In this document: positions 54,749 through 58,940 of the stretch, piece by piece
Layout of the letters: the number at the start of each line of letters is the position of its first letter
Numbering within the stretch: position 1 is the stretch's first letter
NCBI GenBank assembly: GCA_018895015.1
Contig: JAHIOX010000027.1
Location: forward strand, 1-58,940
Length of the DNA: 58,940 nucleotides
Reading direction: 5' to 3'
Source of the DNA: Patescibacteria group bacterium
GTDB lineage: Bacteria; Patescibacteriota; Minisyncoccia; UBA9983
The notes under the pieces: model-generated
The model's database searches: none
What the model saw: the letters and a program-made list of their open reading frames with translations, nothing else
Told to the model about the DNA's origin: nothing
Program-made: the position numbers and the translations under genes

Positions 54749-56476
54749 ATGAAGCAATGGGTTTTACGGGAGGAAATTCTTGGGAAAATAAATAAAGAAT
54801 TGGAGCAATGGCCGGAATTGGTTCGGCGGCTTTTATTTTATAGGGGTATAAAAACCAAAATAGAGGCGGAAAAATTTTTTAATCCGGATTATGAAAAAGA
54901 TTTGCATGACCCGTTTGAGATTTTAAATATGGAAAAGGCGGCTGGACGGATTTTGAAAGCGATCAAAGAAAATGAAAGAATAATTATTTTCGGAGATTAT
55001 GACGCGGACGGCGTTTGCGCCAGCGCCATTTTTCACGATTTTTTCAAGAAAATAGGATTTGAAAATTTTCATGTTCATATACCTGACAGGCATCTTGACG
55101 GCTATGGCCTTACGGTAGAGGCGATAAAGGAGTTTGCGGAACAAAAGGCCGGATTGCTGATAACTCTTGATTGCGGAATTACCGACTATGAAGAAGTTGA
55201 AAAGGCCAATTTTTTTGGGATTGATGTAATTATAACCGACCATCATCTTGTGCCGAAAAAATTGCCGAATGCTTTTGCCATTATTGATTCCAAGCAAAAG
55301 AAGGATGATTACTTTTTTAAGGATTTATGCGGAGCAGGGGTGGCGTTTAAGACAGTTCACGCGCTTATTAAAAAAGGCGGATTTAATATAGTCCATGGAT
55401 GGGAAAAATGGCTTTTGGATACTGTTGCCATAGCCACGATAGCAGACATGGTTCCGCTTGTTGGCGAAAATAGAGTTCTCGCTCATTATGGATTGCAGGT
55501 TTTGAAAAAGACGCAGCGCATGGGCCTTGTTTCGCTTTGCAAAAGGCTTGGAATAGCGCTTCTTAATGTTACAGAAGATGATATTGCTTTTATGATTGGC
55601 CCGAGAATAAATACTGCCAGCAGGATGGACCATGCCACGGCAAGTTTTACTCTTTTGACAACGCAGTCGGGCGGCGAAGCAAGCTGGGTCAGCGCCCGCT
55701 TGGAAGCGTTGAATGTTGATAGAAAAGCTATGGTGGAAGAAATTTTAAGCGGCATTGAGGAAAAAATTTCGGCTTATGGCGCTAAAATTCCGGGAGTAAT
55801 TGTGTGCGGCGATTTTAATTGGCATCCCGGCGTTTTGGGAATTGCCGCGAATCGGCTTATTGATAAATACGGGCGTCCGATTTTTTTGTGGGGGAAAGCG
55901 GAAGCAAAAGAGATCAAGGGTTCATGCCGCAGTAATGGTTCTATAAATTTGGTTGAATTGATGCGGAAAACGGCAAAAGGTTTTTTTAGTGATTTCGGAG
56001 GCCATGCTTTGGCCGGCGGCTTTTCTTTGGCTGAAGAAAAAATGCCGGATTTAGAAAAAGAAATTTTAAAAGCTTGGGAAAAAGCTTCAAAAGAAAAAAC
56101 AGAAAATAATACTATTTTTATTGATAAGGAAATTTCCATTGACGATATAAGCTGGGATTTTTATTCCATGATAGAAAAATTCCAGCCATTTGGCATTGAA
56201 AATCCCAAGCCTGTTTTTTTATTTTCAGGCGCGGAAGTCGTTGGAGTAAAAAAGTTTGGGAACAATGGCATACATATTCAAGTAGATTTTAAAAAATCTC
56301 CGTCATCTGGCGGAGATGAGATTGTTCCCGCGATAGGATTTTTCTTTAACGGCAATTTGGCGGACGTTAAAAAAGGTTCGCGCGTTGATCTTGCCGCGTC
56401 ATTGGAAAAATCATTTTTCAAGCCGAAGCCCGAATTGCGCTTGCGAATAATAGATATTAAACTAAAATCACAATGA
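54749..56476 (+). CDS. recJ: ssDNA-specific exonuclease RecJ
   Basis: GDYDADG, ITLDCG, TDHH, ADMVPL, GPRINTASR, KGSCRS, GGHALAGG; TGTTATAAT at 54731-54739. Confidence 0.96.
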   Translation: MKQWVLREEILGKINKELEQWPELVRRLLFYRGIKTKIEAEKFFNPDYEKDLHDPFEILNMEKAAGRILKAIKENERIIIFGDYDADGVCASAIFHDFFKKIGFENFHVHIPDRHLDGYGLTVEAIKEFAEQKAGLLITLDCGITDYEEVEKANFFGIDVIITDHHLVPKKLPNAFAIIDSKQKKDDYFFKDLCGAGVAFKTVHALIKKGGFNIVHGWEKWLLDTVAIATIADMVPLVGENRVLAHYGLQVLKKTQRMGLVSLCKRLGIALLNVTEDDIAFMIGPRINTASRMDHATASFTLLTTQSGGEASWVSARLEALNVDRKAMVEEILSGIEEKISAYGAKIPGVIVCGDFNWHPGVLGIAANRLIDKYGRPIFLWGKAEAKEIKGSCRSNGSINLVELMRKTAKGFFSDFGGHALAGGFSLAEEKMPDLEKEILKAWEKASKEKTENNTIFIDKEISIDDISWDFYSMIEKFQPFGIENPKPVFLFSGAEVVGVKKFGNNGIHIQVDFKKSPSSGGDEIVPAIGFFFNGNLADVKKGSRVDLAASLEKSFFKPKPELRLRIIDIKLKSQ

Positions 56477-56925
56477 TGAAGGCGGAGCGGAACAAAATTA
56501 TTGTTTATACTGATGGCGGGTCGCGCGGGAATCCCGGGCCGGCCGGAGTAGGCGTGGTTATCGCGGACGCCAAGGAAAATGTTGTCAAAGAATATTCCAA
56601 GGATATCGGCGCGCGGACGAACAATGAGGCGGAATACGAGGCGGTTATTTTGGCGCTTCAAAAAATCAAACAGCTTTTTGGAAAAGAGAAAGCGAAAAGC
56701 ATGGAAATTGAAATGCGGATGGACAGCCAGCTGGTGGCGCGCCAGCTTGGAGGAAAATATAAAATTATGGAGGAAAAACTTTTTCCGCTTTTTATAAAAA
56801 TTTGGAATCTGCGCATGGAATTCGGAAAAATTTCTTTTATTGAAATACCAAGAGAAAAAAATAAAGAGGCGGATCGTCTCGCAAATGAGGCAATGGACGT
56901 AAAACAAACTAAATCTATGTTCTAG
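56473..56925 (+). CDS. rnhA: Ribonuclease HI
   Basis: YTDGGSRGNPG, TNNEAEY, MDSQLV, PREKNKEADRLAN. Confidence 0.92.
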   Translation: MMKAERNKIIVYTDGGSRGNPGPAGVGVVIADAKENVVKEYSKDIGARTNNEAEYEAVILALQKIKQLFGKEKAKSMEIEMRMDSQLVARQLGGKYKIMEEKLFPLFIKIWNLRMEFGKISFIEIPREKNKEADRLANEAMDVKQTKSMF

Positions 56926-56927
56926 CG

Positions 56928-58382
56928 ATGTGTTATGATTTGGTTATTCTCGGAGGATTCGCTGTTGGAGTATTGATAAGGTCCTTTATTGATTTTGGCT
57001 TGGCGTTCGCCGGCCTTTTTATTTTCATTGGCGTTGTTTTTCTTTTATTGCGTCTTTTTAAATTTTCTCAGTTATTTTTAGTTATCGGCCTGGTTTTTTG
57101 TTGCGCTGGTTTTGGCATGTTTAGGTACGAAATTAAAGACGCGAAAGGCAATTTCGCGGAAATTGAAAAAAATCTCGGCTCAAAAACAATTGTACAAGGG
57201 ATAATTTGCGACGAGCCGGACGAGCGGGAAAATTACACCCGTTTGGTTGTTGATTTTGGCGGAACAAAAATTTTAATTACCGCGAAATCATTTCCAAAAT
57301 TTAATTACGGAGACGAAGTAAAATTCGCCGGGATTTTAAAAAGGGCCGAGGATTTTAACAATATCGATGGCAATGGCAATAATTTTAGTTGGCGTGATTA
57401 TTTGGCAAAGGACGATATTTATTTTGAAATGATTTATCCTGAAATTGAGCTTGTCGCCGTTAATCAAAAAAGCCGGGTCGCGCGCAATCTTTTTAGGGTT
57501 AAACAAAATTTTCTTTCAGCGATTTCAAAAGTCGTGCCAGAGCCTAACTCGGCGTTTTTGGGCGGGGTTACCGTTGGAGCGAAGCAGAGTATGCCGAAAA
57601 ATTTGCAAGAGGATTTTAAGAAAACAGGAATTATTCATGTAGTCGTTCTTTCAGGATACAATATAACGATTGTCGCCGCGTACATAATGCGCCTTTTTTC
57701 TTTCCTGCCGCAAATTTTGGGAATATCGCTCGGAATTTTCAGTATAATTTTGTTCGCGATAATGGTGGGCGCTTCCGCTACCGTTGTCCGCGCCTCAATT
57801 ATGGCAGTTTTTATTTTGGCGGCGCGCGCCACAGGAAGAATTTATATTGTAACCCGCGCGCTTTTTTTGGCCGGCTTTTTTATGCTTCTGCACAACCCAA
57901 AAATTTTAAGGTTTGACGCGTCTTTCCAATTATCTTTTCTCGCTACTCTGGGTTTAATTTATCTCGCTCCGTATTTTGAGAAAAAATTAAATTTTTTGCC
58001 GGCCAAATTCAAAATTCGCGAATTCGGCGCCGCGACTTTGTCGGCGCAGATTTTGGTTTTGCCTTTGCTTTTGTATAAAACCGGTGTTTTGTCGCTGGTG
58101 GCATTGCCGGTAAATCTTTTGGTTCTGATTTTGATTCCGGCGACAATGTTTTTTGGATTTCTTGCGGGCTTATCCAGAATGCTTGCCGGTTTTCTCGCCG
58201 CGCCATTTGGCTGGGTAAGTTATTTTTTAACGCAGTACGAGCTCGGAGTAGTTGGATTTTTCGCGGAATTTCCGTTCGCGTCAATGACAATTTCACAATT
58301 TCCGCTATGGCTTATGTTGTTTATGTATTGCGTTTATGGAATTATATTTTATAAAATATATAAAATAGATGCAAAGCGCTAA
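56928..58382 (+). CDS. comEC: ComEC/Rec2 competence channel (membrane domain)
   Basis: TGIIHVVVLSGYN, VVRASIMA, SFQLSFLA, multiple TMs. Confidence 0.92.
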   Translation: MCYDLVILGGFAVGVLIRSFIDFGLAFAGLFIFIGVVFLLLRLFKFSQLFLVIGLVFCCAGFGMFRYEIKDAKGNFAEIEKNLGSKTIVQGIICDEPDERENYTRLVVDFGGTKILITAKSFPKFNYGDEVKFAGILKRAEDFNNIDGNGNNFSWRDYLAKDDIYFEMIYPEIELVAVNQKSRVARNLFRVKQNFLSAISKVVPEPNSAFLGGVTVGAKQSMPKNLQEDFKKTGIIHVVVLSGYNITIVAAYIMRLFSFLPQILGISLGIFSIILFAIMVGASATVVRASIMAVFILAARATGRIYIVTRALFLAGFFMLLHNPKILRFDASFQLSFLATLGLIYLAPYFEKKLNFLPAKFKIREFGAATLSAQILVLPLLLYKTGVLSLVALPVNLLVLILIPATMFFGFLAGLSRMLAGFLAAPFGWVSYFLTQYELGVVGFFAEFPFASMTISQFPLWLMLFMYCVYGIIFYKIYKIDAKR

Positions 58383-58940
58383 GAAAAATTTTAAATACTA
58401 TTTTCTTGGTTTGCTGTTTTTGGCAACGTTTTTTGTTTGGTGCGCGGTTTTCGCGGAAACACGAGACGGGTTGGAAGTGGCGTTTTTGGATGTCGGGCAG
58501 GGGGACGCGATTTTTATACAGGCGCCAAACGGCAACCAGATTTTGATTGATGCCGGCCAGAACAAACAGGTTTTGCGCGAGCTGGCGAAGATGATGCCTT
58601 TTTATGACCGTTCCATTGACATGCTTATTGCCACGCATCCTGATTCTGACCACATAGGCGGCGTGCCGGAGATTCTTGAAAGATTCAAGGTTGATTATGT
58701 TCTGGAGTCCGGAGTTAATTCGGAAAGCGCTGTTTATGGCGCGGTGGAAAAAATTATTGACGAAAAAAACATCAAAAAAATTCAGGTGAGAAGAGGAATG
58801 AAAATTAATCTTGACCAAAATGCATATCTTCTAATTTTGTTTCCTGACCGCGATGTGGACGGCATGGATTCAAACGACGCGTCAATTGTCGCGAAGCTTG
58901 TTTACGGCAATACTTCTTTTTTGCTCACTGGCGATTCGCC
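58369..58940 (+). CDS. ComEC-type metallo-beta-lactamase protein, 3' truncated by window
   Basis: Not in the ORF track; ATG 58369 opens MQSAKKNF...FLDVGQGDA...ILIDAG...THPDSDHIGG...SNDAS...LLTGD to the window end. Confidence 0.9.
   Translation, partial: MQSAKKNFKYYFLGLLFLATFFVWCAVFAETRDGLEVAFLDVGQGDAIFIQAPNGNQILIDAGQNKQVLRELAKMMPFYDRSIDMLIATHPDSDHIGGVPEILERFKVDYVLESGVNSESAVYGAVEKIIDEKNIKKIQVRRGMKINLDQNAYLLILFPDRDVDGMDSNDASIVAKLVYGNTSFLLTGDS

Noticed and set aside
56473-56925. RNase HI as a dedicated DGR component
   Set aside because: It overlaps recJ and abuts comEC in a housekeeping run; DGRs are not known to need a linked RNase H
1042-58818. The many antisense or nested ORFs in the track (e.g. 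1157-1531, 9782-10246, 19594-20124, 25062-25736, 40366-40986, 50981-51661, 52625-53014, 56278-56907, 58342-58818)
   Set aside because: Shadows of well-supported genes on the other strand or frame; F/S/L-rich composition with no motifs
1-58940. Alternative genetic code (UGA = Gly)
   Set aside because: TGA terminates genes at expected ends (e.g. 24706, 36443) and no conserved gene is interrupted by TGA
1-58940. rRNA, CRISPR arrays, IS transposases, prophage genes
   Set aside because: None recognisable in this window

Overview
Origin-proximal chromosomal segment of a small-genome bacterium, most likely Parcubacteria (Patescibacteria/CPR). This placement is inferred from gene content, tight packing and CPR-type hypothetical proteins; TGA is used as a stop, so the code is standard. 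Left to right: partial PBP, dciA-like/dnaN/dnaA with the putative oriC, rnpA-yidC-jag (no rpmH or yidD), a RelE-type TA pair, tig-clpP, gpmI, rny, HU, three tRNAs with cca, a Xer-type recombinase, rpsO-NYN-pnp, dksA-like, comM, LysM-M23, pcrA/uvrD, rsmA, a VirB4/VirB6/PrgI/pilin T4SS-like operon, ppaC-nusA, a two-component pair heading a type IV pilus operon, tpiA-pgk, HIT, a diversity-generating retroelement (DGR), then recJ-rnhA-comEC. The strongest signal is the DGR at 52253-54730. It has a 125-nt VR/TR pair differing at 14 positions, 13 of them TR adenines, plus a post-VR hairpin, an avd-like gene lying antisense between TR and RT, and a YCDD RT. A (GA)7G tract sits where the avd and RT 5' ends overlap, and frame arithmetic predicts it switches both genes. 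Other highlights: a pilin fused to an HxxxxxxD...H metallopeptidase domain, a 13-Cys C-terminal domain protein, short palindromes inserted in frame in housekeeping genes (five sites in tpiA), parS-like sites and probable leaderless promoters. All product calls come from motif recognition; no database searches were run.
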